Shown here: positions 46,558 through 55,592 of the stretch, in pieces
Layout: the number at the start of each line of letters is the position of its first letter
Position numbering within the stretch: the first letter of the stretch is position 1
Source: Phycisphaerae bacterium
GTDB lineage: Bacteria; Planctomycetota; Phycisphaerae; SM23-33
Assembly: GCA_041661865.1 (NCBI GenBank)
Contig: JBAZTO010000005.1
Coordinates: forward strand, 28,128-92,127
Length of the DNA: 64,000 nucleotides
Reading direction: 5' to 3'
Notes under the pieces: generated by a model
Database searches by the model: none
Told to the model about the DNA's origin: nothing
The model's input: only the letters and a program-made list of their open reading frames with translations
Position numbers and translations under genes: made by a program

Positions 46558-46938
46558 CTACCCCCTCTTTGCCTCACGAGAGATGGGGGCGGCGGCCAGC
46601 GTGAAGAGTACGACCTTCTCGCCGGTTATGGTGCTGATGTCGTGGTGCAGGCTTACCACCCTGGTCCCTGTGACGCCTTCAACCATGGCCTCCAGCGCCG
46701 GCCGTGCCGTCTCGGTCAACTGGGTCCGCACCTGTTTGAGCAGGTCCCGGCCCGTCTCGGGCGCGAGTTGGGCGACCAAATGCTGCTCGGCCGATGTCAG
46801 CACGCCGTGGAGACGCACCAGGAGAAGATCACCAAAGAGGTGGGCGTGGATGTCCTTGGGGCCACGGCCCATGTACTCCTGCTCAAAGCGGCTGATCCCT
46901 TCGCAGATAGCGGCTTCGATTTCGCCCTGTGTCTTCAT
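46558..46938 (-). CDS. DUF2294 (MpsC-like) family protein, paralog 1
   Basis: It is 126 aa (MKTQGEIEAAICEGISRFEQEYMGRGPKDIHAHL...). It is 85% identical to 55593..55979 and related to 58136..58594. Confidence 0.75.
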   Translation of the reverse strand: MKTQGEIEAAICEGISRFEQEYMGRGPKDIHAHLFGDLLLVRLHGVLTSAEQHLVAQLAPETGRDLLKQVRTQLTETARPALEAMVEGVTGTRVVSLHHDISTITGEKVVLFTLAAAPISREAKRG

Positions 46939-47149
46939 AGAGCACCATCGAACCTGCCGTGACTGGCGGCTTCAAGACCCGCGAGCCAACGCGCGTAACG
47001 CGTTGCTGTAGCAGCAAACAACGGCTGGCCGGCAGTCTCACGTATGTCATTCATCTTAGGAGGCGCCAAATGCGATTTCCTGAATTATCTGCTTTCGGGC
47101 GCCCACCGCGCTACAATGCCCACGTGGCGGAGCGTGCATGAATGCATGG

Positions 47150-47262
47150 GCTCCGGAGTCGGATGACTAGATAAAGGGCAGCCCGGCGCATCGGGAGGCC
47201 CGTTGACGAGTAAGCCGACGCGGTTCTTCACCTTTGGGTGTTAAGCCGCGTCGGCTTTTTTT
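47150..47262 (+). ncRNA. Candidate structured cis-regulatory RNA or small RNA, copy A, with intrinsic terminator
   Basis: It has the conserved core TCGGATGACTAGAtgAAGGGCAGCC-hairpin-GGGAGGCCCGTTGACGAGTAAGCCGACG and a terminator gccgacgcgg...ccgcgtcggc plus T8. A TACAAT -10-like hexamer lies at 47111. Confidence 0.65.
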
Positions 47263-47342
47263 TCTTGGCCGTGCAATCGACAAGTAGGAGTGAAGCTTGA
47301 CGAACCGGCAGCAGAGTAAGCTGAGTCCAGAAAGGGTAAATC

Positions 47343-47594
47343 ATGGCAAAGTTTCTGAACAGAATCATGATGGTCTTGGTGGTAGTGATGATCGCCTGCG
47401 CCTCCAGTGGCTGCAAGACCACCAAGAAAACAGAGGTCAAGGATAAGTTCTTTGGCGGCACACAGATCAAGGAAACGACCGCGACGGAACACGGCGACAA
47501 AGTCACCGTGACCGAGAAGAAGACCGACTACGACACCAAGGGCGATAAGGTCAAGACGGAGACAAAGACCACGGGCGATACAGGCTCTCCGTAA
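47343..47594 (+). CDS. Small Lys/Thr-rich lipoprotein (83 aa)
   Basis: It has the lipobox MIACASSGC and is followed by a KTTKK/TETKT low-complexity region. Confidence 0.6.
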   Translation: MAKFLNRIMMVLVVVMIACASSGCKTTKKTEVKDKFFGGTQIKETTATEHGDKVTVTEKKTDYDTKGDKVKTETKTTGDTGSP

Positions 47595-47735
47595 GCAGCC
47601 AGGCCGTTCCAAGGGCGAGCCGGAGGTGACGATCCGGCCCGATTGCCGTCGCGGATCGGCGGCCCGTCCGAGTGTCTCTCGGAATAAGTGGCAAGAAAGC
47701 TCTATGTCGGCACCTTCTATTCAAGGAGTCTTACG

Positions 47736-47858
47736 ATGTTTACTGCTCTCGCAAATGCTCTTACGCCTGTTCTCGCCGATGGCACGTACATCTACTGGGG
47801 CGGCGGGCTGGGAACCATTCTCATCATCGTGGTGATTGTGCTCGTGCTTCGCCGTTGA
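47736..47858 (+). CDS. Small membrane protein (40 aa, MFTALANALTPVLADGTYIYWGGGLGTILIIVVIVLVLRR)
   Basis: An AAGGAG RBS lies 8 nt upstream, and the protein has a single TM helix. Confidence 0.5.
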   Translation: MFTALANALTPVLADGTYIYWGGGLGTILIIVVIVLVLRR

Positions 47859-47951
47859 GCACTCACAAGACCACCATTGGTCCTCGGATGCTCAAAGAAG
47901 CCCGATGCGGGCTTATGACGGCGTCCGTGGCAGCATTGGAAGGAGTCTTTT

Positions 47952-48115
47952 ATGGGACTGATTCTACTGATCGTGTTGATCCTGCTGCTCGTCGGTGGCC
48001 TGCCGACCTGGCCCCACAGTCGCAGCTGGGGTTATCGACCCACTGGGATTCTCGGAGTGCTGCTGGTGATCCTGGTTGTGCTGCTGATCCTCGACGTCAT
48101 CCCACGCGGATTCTG
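47952..48115 (+). CDS. DUF3309-family small membrane protein (54 aa)
   Basis: MGLILLIVLILLLVGGLPTWPHSRSWGYRPTGILGVLLVILVVLLIL matches the DUF3309 pattern (PxWP.SR.WGY.P.G). A GGAGGAG RBS precedes it. Confidence 0.6.
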
Positions 48116-48190
48116 AGCGACCCGGTGACGGTTAAGAGCCTGCTGTTCCCGCTCTTCCAGGGCCGGCTCGCCGTCATAAAAAGGACCGAC

Positions 48191-48685
48191 ATGAATAAAC
48201 ATCCGCCGTTGACAGGTCAGGCCAGCAGACCCGCCATGGCACTGGGTCTGCTCGCATTTCTGCTTCTCTGGGGCTGCGCCGGGTGCTCTCCGAGCGCCAG
48301 AGCTCCCTCCGTGGCGGTCGAGGCGCCCGGTGCCCTGGCGGCACCGCCTGCTGCCCCGGCCACGCCGCCGGTGGTGCAGGTCACGGGCGAGCGGTCCGAG
48401 TTCGACTTGGGCACTATCAAGGTCGGCAGCAGGCACCGGGTGATCTTCGCCATCCACAACGATTCCGACAAGCCGCTGAAGATCAGAGAGATCCGAGGCG
48501 ACTGCCCCTGCATTACCTCCGCCGAGTCACCCGAGTACATAGCCGCGGGCCAGGTCGCGCGAGTGGTTGCTCTCTTTGAGGCGCCGGACGTTAACGTGCT
48601 TTACGGCTCCGAGCTGATCGTTGTGACCGACGACCCACTACGGAAGATAATCCGCCTGGCGGTGCGGGCCAACATCCGCCGGTAG
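48191..48685 (+). CDS. DUF1573-domain lipoprotein
   Basis: It has the lipobox LLWGCAGCS. The DUF1573-like region is FDLGTIKVGSRHRVIFAIHNDSDKPLKIREIRGDCPCIT. Confidence 0.6.
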   Translation: MNKHPPLTGQASRPAMALGLLAFLLLWGCAGCSPSARAPSVAVEAPGALAAPPAAPATPPVVQVTGERSEFDLGTIKVGSRHRVIFAIHNDSDKPLKIREIRGDCPCITSAESPEYIAAGQVARVVALFEAPDVNVLYGSELIVVTDDPLRKIIRLAVRANIRR

Positions 48686-48714
48686 CGGGTTTCCCGGCAC
48701 ACGGAGGACCAGTG

Positions 48715-49470
48715 ATGCCATTGCGCGACATATCCAAGACGAGAAGGACTTGTTTCGCAACCGCGACGGCTCGGGGTTTCGCCCTGTGGGCGTGCTCCCT
48801 GGCTGCGATCGGCCTGGCCTCGGCCGGTTGCACGTCGTCGGGCATCTCCTCCTCCAGGCTCGACGCCCTGTTCAGGGAGGTCCAGACCCGTGGTGTGTTC
48901 GTTGGGCTGGAGGGCCTCCAGCCATTCTCGGGGTTTCGCGCGGACCAGGTGGTCGGGACCGTTGGCGACGAGTTGGGTCTGGCGCACTCCACCACGTCGG
49001 GAAACTATAGAGTCCACATGCCAATCATCGAACAGGCCAACAAGAGCGGCTGGCCGATCTATCTCCTGGGCTACAGCCTCGGCGGCGACCAGGCCCGGCT
49101 GCTGGCGGAGGCGTGCAACGAACGCGGCATCACCATCCGCATCCTGTTCCTTCTGGATCCGCACTATATGGCCGCTGACGTCCCCGGCAAGATTCCCAGG
49201 AATGTGCAACGGGTGGTCTTCTGTACGAGCCGCAGTTACGACGACGACATCGCGGTGGTTCCAACGGCTGACAATCTCGCCGACGCCAGCCGGACAGTGC
49301 TGCTTGTCGAGGATATTCCGGCCACCGGGCACATGGACCTTCCGGAGTACGTGACCCAACGAATCCGTGTAGAAATCGCCAAGGACTTACAGCAGGCCAG
49401 CGTCCCGGCGGCGCCTCCCTCGCGCCGCGTCCCTGGCGACGGCACACAGGCAAGGAGTGGAAAACGATAA
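48715..49470 (+). CDS. Alpha/beta-hydrolase-like lipoprotein (putative esterase/lipase)
   Basis: It has the lipobox LASAGCTS and the nucleophile-elbow motif GYSLGG. A GGAGGA RBS precedes it. Confidence 0.55.
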   Translation: MPLRDISKTRRTCFATATARGFALWACSLAAIGLASAGCTSSGISSSRLDALFREVQTRGVFVGLEGLQPFSGFRADQVVGTVGDELGLAHSTTSGNYRVHMPIIEQANKSGWPIYLLGYSLGGDQARLLAEACNERGITIRILFLLDPHYMAADVPGKIPRNVQRVVFCTSRSYDDDIAVVPTADNLADASRTVLLVEDIPATGHMDLPEYVTQRIRVEIAKDLQQASVPAAPPSRRVPGDGTQARSGKR

Positions 49471-49496
49471 GTACTCGCCAACACCTGGCCGCGTTT

Positions 49497-49979
49497 GTGA
49501 ATCGTGCCGGTCGCATGGTCGCTTGCGCCATGCTGTGCGCTGTGGCGGGAGGCTGCGACGGCGGCCAGGTGACACACCTGCGCAATGATGCGGAATTCAA
49601 CCAGGTCGTTCTCCAGAGCGACAAACCGGTCCTCGTGGACTTCTACAAGGGCGGGTGCCCGACGTGCATTCGAGTGGATGGCATGATGGGCCAACTGGCC
49701 GAGGAGTACAAGGGCCGGGTAATCGTCGCCAAGTTCATGCTGATGCAGCCGTACTTCGTGGTCACCTCGCCGGAGCTCAAGAGGCAGTATGGCATCGATT
49801 TCTTCCCGACGGTGATCCTGTTCGTCAATGGAAAGGAGACGTGGCGCCTTCTCAGGGACTACGAGCTCGACGACTACCGCAGGGTAATGGACCAGGCTCT
49901 TGGCGTTCCGAGGGCGCCGGTGACTTCCCTCGACACGGGCAAGCCATCGGGCAAATACCCGGCCAACGTCTCGCAATAA
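49497..49979 (+). CDS. Thioredoxin-like lipoprotein; start GTG at 49497 or ATG at 49515
   Basis: It has the lipobox AVAGGCDG and the thioredoxin motif VLVDFYKGGCPTC within the fold. Confidence 0.6.
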   Translation: MNRAGRMVACAMLCAVAGGCDGGQVTHLRNDAEFNQVVLQSDKPVLVDFYKGGCPTCIRVDGMMGQLAEEYKGRVIVAKFMLMQPYFVVTSPELKRQYGIDFFPTVILFVNGKETWRLLRDYELDDYRRVMDQALGVPRAPVTSLDTGKPSGKYPANVSQ

Positions 49980-50076
49980 CATTGGCCCAGATAGATATTT
50001 ATTCTGTATTCCATTTGATTCGGGCGTATTGGGCGCTAGGATGGGGTTTCCGCAGAGCGATAGAGCCGTTCGCACG

Positions 50077-50158
50077 CTCTGTGTCGGATGACTAGATGAA
50101 GGGTAGCCTGGCCCGGCCGGGAGGCCCGTTGGAGAGTAAACCGGCGTGGAAGGTGTCC
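50077..50158 (+). ncRNA. Candidate structured cis-regulatory RNA, copy B, without a terminator; its 3' end is the RBS of the downstream gene
   Basis: It has the same conserved core (TCGGATGACTAGATGAAGGGTAGCC-hairpin-GGGAGGCCCGTTGGAGAGTAAACCGGCG). It is followed by GGAAGG-5 nt-GTG of the DUF1570 lipoprotein. A TAGGAT -10-like hexamer lies at 50037. Confidence 0.55.
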
Positions 50159-51157
50159 GTGCGTTTGTACCTCGCAACGATCGTGGTGGCGACCGGCCTG
50201 ACCCTGGGGGGCTGCGCGCCTGATTCCCAGAGGCAGGCGCTCAATGCCACCCCTGCAAGCAACGCGCCCCCCTGTGCTGCCCTCGCCTCTCAAGTCGGCC
50301 AGACCCTCCAGGTCCACGAGACGGATAGGTTCCTTGTGCTGTCGGCCGCGAACGACGCCTCCGCGGCCGCGACCGGGCAGTTCCTGGAGCAGGCCTATCT
50401 CCGGTTTTACGAGCAGTTCACCCTGGCCGGCTTTGAGCCCAAGCCTCCACGGGACAAATTGACCTGGGTGTGCCTCAACTCCTACGGCGCCCTGGAGGCC
50501 TACGGTCGGGCTGCGGACGGCGCGGACGTGTCGTGGATGGATGCGTACTACTCGCACCGCACCAACCGTGTGGCGGCGGCCATGGCGGCCGGTCGCCCGG
50601 CGCCACAGGCAAGAGTCCGCTCATCGGGTTCCCCTGGCAAGATCGCCGCCTTCAGCGATCCGGGCGGCGGCCAGATCGCCTCCGGCAGCCTTAACATCAG
50701 GACCATCACCCACGAATTGACCCACCAGTTGGCCTTCAACACTGGACTGCAAAGGCGTGGCGTGACCTATCCCTTCTGGCTCACAGAGGGACTGGCCACG
50801 AACTTCGAGGCCGATTCCCCGAAGTCGGTCGGCCTGGGTCGACACGACAGCCGCTATGGCCCGCGACTGGTCGAGGCCAAGGCCGGCGGCAGGTTGATCT
50901 CGCTGGAACAGTTCGTTGGGATGACGGAGTGGTCCGCCGGCCAGGGGACCGCTACGCGTGATGCCTATGCGGAATCGTGGGGGTTATTCCGCTACCTGCT
51001 GGAGCGGCATCCTGTCGCTCTCAAGAAGTATATGGCCGAGATTTCATCGGTGTGGCTCCCGCCGCAGAACAGTGAGTCTCTACGCCGGCGATTCATCGCC
51101 GCTTTCGGCCCCATCAAGCCGCTGGAGGCGAACTTCCTGCGGTCCGTTGACAAGTAG
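50159..51157 (+). CDS. DUF1570-family lipoprotein with an HExxH motif (start taken as GTG at 50159; the listed ORF starts at 50096 inside the RNA element)
   Basis: It has the signal and lipobox LTLGGC, ITHELTHQ as a putative zinc-binding HExxH, and Planctomycete DUF1570-like architecture. Confidence 0.6.
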   Translation: MRLYLATIVVATGLTLGGCAPDSQRQALNATPASNAPPCAALASQVGQTLQVHETDRFLVLSAANDASAAATGQFLEQAYLRFYEQFTLAGFEPKPPRDKLTWVCLNSYGALEAYGRAADGADVSWMDAYYSHRTNRVAAAMAAGRPAPQARVRSSGSPGKIAAFSDPGGGQIASGSLNIRTITHELTHQLAFNTGLQRRGVTYPFWLTEGLATNFEADSPKSVGLGRHDSRYGPRLVEAKAGGRLISLEQFVGMTEWSAGQGTATRDAYAESWGLFRYLLERHPVALKKYMAEISSVWLPPQNSESLRRRFIAAFGPIKPLEANFLRSVDK

Positions 51158-51282
51158 CCCGCGCAGACTGAAACGTCTGAATTCTGAATCGTGCGTGTCC
51201 TTGATCCCATTCCTGGCAATACGCCTGGCGACGCCGTGTGTCGCCATGAAAGGCCACAGCCCCCTCAACTTGCCTCGAAAAA

Positions 51283-51367
51283 CAGGTCACATGACCTGAA
51301 AAAGCAGGTCACCTGCTCAATTGCCCCACAAACACAAAGAGCCGCAACCTTTTCGGGTCACGGCTCT
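51283..51367 (-). terminator. Three consecutive intrinsic terminators downstream of tRNA-Pro on the minus strand
   Basis: The minus strand reads aagagccg...cggctcttTGTGTTTG, then agcaggtgacctgcTTTTT, then caggtcatgtgacctgTTTTT. Confidence 0.6.
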
Positions 51368-51376
51368 TATGTCACT

Positions 51377-51450
51377 CGGGGCGAGAGGATTTGAACCTCC
51401 GACCCCCTGGTCCCAAACCAGGTGCTCTAGCCAAGCTGAGCTACGCCCCG
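51377..51450 (-). tRNA. tRNA-Pro (anticodon TGG)
   Basis: CGGGGCG acceptor pairs with CGCCCCG, the D-arm is GCTCAGCTTGGCTAGAGC, the anticodon loop is TTTGGGA, and the T-arm is GGTTCAAATCC. Confidence 0.9.
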
Positions 51451-51658
51451 TGCGTTCAGCCCAAAGGCCGACAGGGGCATTGTGGCACACGCCTGCCGGT
51501 CCGTCAAGCTAAACGCCCCGAGCGGTTGGGCTGCATTTCAGGTAATCGTGGCAGTGGTGCCGTCGCGGGCGAGGCAATTGTCGCGCGGGCCGGTGTTCGC
51601 GTCGCCGGAATGGACGCAGCCGGCTGCGAAATTAACCGCGACCAACCGGATTAATTGT

Positions 51659-51687
51659 TTTGACTTTGCCCCCCGCAAGCAGGACAA
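51659..51687 (+). promoter_or_regulatory. Sigma-70-like promoter (TTGACT-N17-GACAAT) with a ~190-nt 5' UTR before cspA
   Basis: The hexamer spacing is 17. Cold-shock protein genes typically have long structured 5' UTRs. Confidence 0.45.
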
Positions 51688-51884
51688 TCAGACAGTTAGG
51701 GCTGGCGGGCGTTGGGAGAAGTGCTCCCAGGACACCAGCGAATCCGGTTGGCGACCGTGTTCTTTTGCAGCTTGCACCCAGGTTCTAGCCGCATCGTGAG
51801 TGAACAACTCTTCACAGCGGGTCAGTTCGGCTTGGATGACGCTTGCGAATCCCAAGTGCCGGTTTTTCTCAAGGAGCCATTGTT

Positions 51885-52085
51885 ATGGCAAACGGCAAAG
51901 TGAAGTGGTTTAACGACACCAAGGGTTTCGGGTTCATCACGGGCGAGGACGGCACCGACGCGTTCGTGCATCATGGTGACATCCAGGGCGAAGGCTTCAA
52001 GAGCCTGGCCGAGGGTGAGTCTGTCACGTTCGATATGACCCAGGGCCCCAAGGGCCCCAAGGCCATCAACGTTCGCAAGGCATAA
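51885..52085 (+). CDS. cspA: Cold-shock protein (CspA family)
   Basis: [15 protein letters not shown] and [20 protein letters not shown] are RNP1/RNP2-like motifs. An AAGGAG RBS precedes it. Confidence 0.9.
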   Translation: MANGKVKWFNDTKGFGFITGEDGTDAFVHHGDIQGEGFKSLAEGESVTFDMTQGPKGPKAINVRKA

Positions 52086-52215
52086 GCCGCAAGCAAACGT
52101 GAATCACGCGGGCGCCGCCCCTCAAAAGGCGGCGCCTTCTTTTTGCGCCGATCCGCCCGAAGGAGCGCCTCCCAGCCGCCCTCGGCTGGGAGAACCTGCC
52201 CTCCGCCCTTCGCTC

Positions 52216-53235
52216 TCAGCGGATGCGGAAGGCCCGTCGCAGGACCGGCTCGGGGCCGGAGTAGAACTTGACCTCATAGTCTCCCGGCCCGCCGCCCTTG
52301 GCTGCAATCTCGCTGGGGTCAAAGTCATAGCCGAAGCTCTTGTGCTCCTTGCTCCAGCGGATGTCCCTCTCGGCCAGGTCGGTGCGACCCTCCTTGCGGA
52401 CGATGGTCAACCGGAACTGGTTGCGGTCGCACACGGGCGGCAGCTCGACGACGACGAACATTTTCTTGTCGCCGACCTTGTAGGTGTCCTGGAACGTCCA
52501 GCGGTTGTCATACAGCTCGCTGGCCAGCCGAATGGTGTTGGTCGCGTCGATCTTGACCTGCTTGCGCACCGGGGCGAACCACTCCACCAGTTGCACGGCC
52601 ACGCCGTCGGAGGCCTCGGCCAGGCAGGCGTGGGGATCCTTGGAGGGGGGCGAGCCCTCGGCCCAGGCCTGCGACATCGGCGGCCTGGCCGTGGTGGCAA
52701 TGACCGTGCCGTCACTGACGCGGATGAGATTGGCCGTCACCGAGACATTCCCCTCGTTGCGCGTCCAGACGTAGTTGCGATACCCCGAAATGTACATATT
52801 GCCTCTGGAGTCGAAGGCGTAGATCGGATCCTGTCGCGGCTGGCTGTTGGAGGTGCTGTCATAGGTCGCGACGGTTCCCACGAGAATGGCCTGCACGTTG
52901 GTGAGTTTCTGCCGCTGGGCGGCAGAGGCGGCCGCGTCGCTGCCCAGAGCGATCTGAAGATCCTTCTCATCCATGACGGCCTTGAGGTCGTTACGGTTGA
53001 AGACCTTGTACGTGCCGTTGCCGACCAGGCAGGCAGACACCTTGTCGGAGATGATATCCCCGGCCCCCTGATGGCTGGTCTGGTTGCGGAAGGGAGCGAC
53101 CGCGACGGTCTTGAGGTCGGGACTGTAGAAGTCAGGTGTCTGGATGACCGAGATCGTCTTGCTGCAGCCGGTGAGCATCGACAGGGCTGTGGCCAGGACC
53201 AACACGCCGACGTAAGAAACCTTGCACATTCTCAT
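52216..53235 (-). CDS. CsgG-family-like lipoprotein
   Basis: It has the lipobox LTGCS, then VAVAPFRNQTSHQGAGDIISDKV...FKVFNRNDLKAVMDEKDLQ, which resembles the CsgG/LpoB-like N-terminal pattern. Confidence 0.4.
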   Translation of the reverse strand: MRMCKVSYVGVLVLATALSMLTGCSKTISVIQTPDFYSPDLKTVAVAPFRNQTSHQGAGDIISDKVSACLVGNGTYKVFNRNDLKAVMDEKDLQIALGSDAAASAAQRQKLTNVQAILVGTVATYDSTSNSQPRQDPIYAFDSRGNMYISGYRNYVWTRNEGNVSVTANLIRVSDGTVIATTARPPMSQAWAEGSPPSKDPHACLAEASDGVAVQLVEWFAPVRKQVKIDATNTIRLASELYDNRWTFQDTYKVGDKKMFVVVELPPVCDRNQFRLTIVRKEGRTDLAERDIRWSKEHKSFGYDFDPSEIAAKGGGPGDYEVKFYSGPEPVLRRAFRIR

Positions 53236-53362
53236 CGAGTTCTCCTGTTACGTGCATCGGCCGGTTTGGACCCTGCGGCCGGCTGAATATGGCCATTATG
53301 GTAATGGGCGGGAGTCTCGATGACAAGGCCTCAATGGGCCTCAAGATGATCCGAAAGGCCGG

Positions 53363-53704
53363 CTACTCCGGGCGCGGAGACAACTGAATGGTCGCCAGGG
53401 CCGTGGAAACATCCTGGGTGAACTCGAAGGTCTTGTCCAGACCCGTGACCTGGAAGAGGCCCCATGCGTGCGGGCTGATCCCGCACAGAACCATCCGCCG
53501 CCGCCCCGCGTGGAGCAACTTCCGCACGCGAAGCAGCGCGGCGATATTGGAACTGTTGATGAAGCCGACGGTCGAGAAATTCAGCACCACGTCAGTGGTC
53601 TTGGCCTCCAGCGCCGACGCCAGCGCCTCCAGGTCCTCGGAAAACTGGGGGTCTTCCATCAGCTCGACCACGGTAATCTCGTCTGACCAATTCTGAATTC
53701 CCAT
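53363..53704 (-). CDS. STAS-domain anti-sigma-factor antagonist (SpoIIAA/RsbV-like)
   Basis: It is 113 aa with the STAS pattern VVLNFSTVGFINSSNIAALL. Confidence 0.65.
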   Translation of the reverse strand: MGIQNWSDEITVVELMEDPQFSEDLEALASALEAKTTDVVLNFSTVGFINSSNIAALLRVRKLLHAGRRRMVLCGISPHAWGLFQVTGLDKTFEFTQDVSTALATIQLSPRPE

Positions 53705-53728
53705 CGCCGTCGATTCCTTTCACTCACG

Positions 53729-54400
53729 CTAGCCCAGACCCGGACCATCCAGGGGCCCCAGGTCGCTCTCATCCTTATCGGCCATCGCGGCCTCTTTGTT
53801 CTCATCGCCGAGCACACCTTTTGCCACGTGCTGGGCAATGGTCCCCAGGGCCGTGTCGAGAATGACATGGCAGGCCAGCAGGATCGCCAGCGGAATGGCC
53901 AGTTTCTGCATCGTGTCATAAAACGGGCCCGACACGTAGGTGCGCAGGATCAGGCACAGTGCGAAGCCGAACGCCGCCATCACGCCAAAGAGCATCAGCC
54001 CCCACGCGATCATGCGCCGCCCGTAGCTCATCAGGCGGAGAATCATGATGCTCCCGCAGCCGGTGATGATCGTGGCGACGAGGATGCAGGCCATGGTCAT
54101 CCCGGTGGCCGATGCACTGTTGAAGATCACCGCGCTGGAGGGGTTGGTGGCCAGGGCCATCGCCCAGACCACCAGGATCGCCAGGTGCGCCGTCGCCCAG
54201 ACGATGCCGACCCAGCCGACCAGCTCCACCCCCGCCGTGCGAACGGTGAAAGGCTCGGGCGGGTTGACCGGCTTGATGGCCGCGAACCGGGCCTTGCTCA
54301 GTTGCCCGCTTCGCAGCAGCCCGCGAAACAGGGACATCGCAGCCAGAACCGCCAGCGCGACGATGAACGAGGCAAAGATGATCGGTACCAGTGATGCCAT
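53729..54400 (-). CDS. Polytopic membrane protein of unknown function
   Basis: It has 5-6 predicted TM helices and no motif was recognised. Confidence 0.5.
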   Translation of the reverse strand: MASLVPIIFASFIVALAVLAAMSLFRGLLRSGQLSKARFAAIKPVNPPEPFTVRTAGVELVGWVGIVWATAHLAILVVWAMALATNPSSAVIFNSASATGMTMACILVATIITGCGSIMILRLMSYGRRMIAWGLMLFGVMAAFGFALCLILRTYVSGPFYDTMQKLAIPLAILLACHVILDTALGTIAQHVAKGVLGDENKEAAMADKDESDLGPLDGPGLG

Positions 54401-54428
54401 AAACGCTCCTTATTTCCGCCCGACGGCG

Positions 54429-55397
54429 TCACCTCATCCGGTACACCAGGCGGTGGTCCAGACCCATCGCCCGCACCGTCGGCAGGATGTCCTTAAAGAA
54501 CCGGTTCCCATCTTGATAATAGCCCGCCGTGGGCAGGAGATCGGGTACATGTTCAGCCCAATATGCGTTGAGGACCTCCATGAGCATCTCGCGGAGGTAC
54601 TTGCTGGCCATGGACGCCAGCGCGACGGGAAGCTGCTTTTCCTCGGCGGCGACGGAGAAATGCATCTCGGCCCAGCGCCGGCCGTCGGCGATGCGATAGG
54701 AACTGCTGGTCTCGCTCTCGTCGATGATCTTGAACGAGCAGCCGGCAAAGGCCCGCTGCAGGCCCTCCAGGTAGTGCATGCGTCCGCCCTGGCGATCGAC
54801 GAAAATGCGGATGTTCTGCCCGCCGGCGAGGTTCCACAGGAACATCAGCAGGCGACAGGCGACGTCGAAGAGCATGGTGGACTTGTTGCCCGCGTCGGTC
54901 AGGCGATTGAATTCCTCCTCCAGCACGACCTCGCTGCGCAGGGCCAGCAGTTCGACGCCGGCTTTCCGCATCGACTCGCCCAGGCTGTTGCACGCCAGGC
55001 CGGCTGTGGTGGCCGACATGCTGCGCGGCAGGGGCAGGTCCAGCCCGCGATACCAATTACACGCCGATGCCCTGGCCACAGCGGCGGGAGAAAGTTCCTC
55101 CAGCAGGCCTCGCAGGGTCGGGGGCAGCGGGCGCGTCGTGCCCAGCATGGCCAGCACGCCGCGCTCCAGGTTGGACAGCCCGGCCGGGCCTCGCATGCCG
55201 CCGTAGAGTTTCTTGGAGTCGCCGATGGCGATGCGGCTGGGGCGCTTGGGCACGCGGCGGGTGACCGCGCCCGACAGGAGCTGCCACATCGAGGCCTCGG
55301 CCGGCTCGTCGGGAATGGAAAATGCGGCGGCCGAAACCACCAGCGGGCCCAGCACCGGGCCCAGACCTGCCTCGTCGATGCCTGCAATAATCGCCAA
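54429..55397 (-). CDS. rnhB: Ribonuclease HII-like (RnhB) with a C-terminal extension
   Basis: The N-terminus IAGIDEAGLGPVLGPLVVSAAAF and the IGDSKKL motif are the RNase HII signatures. At 322 aa it is longer than typical RnhB. Confidence 0.6.
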   Translation of the reverse strand: MAIIAGIDEAGLGPVLGPLVVSAAAFSIPDEPAEASMWQLLSGAVTRRVPKRPSRIAIGDSKKLYGGMRGPAGLSNLERGVLAMLGTTRPLPPTLRGLLEELSPAAVARASACNWYRGLDLPLPRSMSATTAGLACNSLGESMRKAGVELLALRSEVVLEEEFNRLTDAGNKSTMLFDVACRLLMFLWNLAGGQNIRIFVDRQGGRMHYLEGLQRAFAGCSFKIIDESETSSSYRIADGRRWAEMHFSVAAEEKQLPVALASMASKYLREMLMEVLNAYWAEHVPDLLPTAGYYQDGNRFFKDILPTVRAMGLDHRLVYRMR

Positions 55398-55592
55398 GGA
55401 AACTCCCCTACTGCCTAAAGACGTAACACCTTCGTGGCGTTGTAGTGCCAGACCCTCGGACCCCGCCGGGGCCCAATGAGAGAGGATTATAGAGTGCAGG
55501 GCATGGATAACAACAGGATTGCGCGGGGAGCGGACAGGCCCGCGGCCGCTGGATCGTGCCAGGAGCTTGGGCGCGGGGCAGGCAGCCCCGCC

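Noticed and set aside
50096-50158. The MKGSLARPGGPLESKPAWK... N-terminus of ORF 50096..51157 and the whole ORF 57826..58221 (MKGSPVVTGGPLTSKPTWF...)
   Set aside because: These are translations of the repeated RNA element. The four copies fall in different reading frames and copy C lacks the ATG, so conservation is at RNA level. The DUF1570 gene is started at GTG 50159 instead.
51283-51317. AGGTCA-CA-TGACCT and AGCAGG-TCA-CCTGCT palindromes as operator sites
   Set aside because: On the minus strand each palindrome is followed by a T5 run, and they lie directly downstream of the tRNA-Pro terminator. Tandem intrinsic terminators is the simpler explanation.
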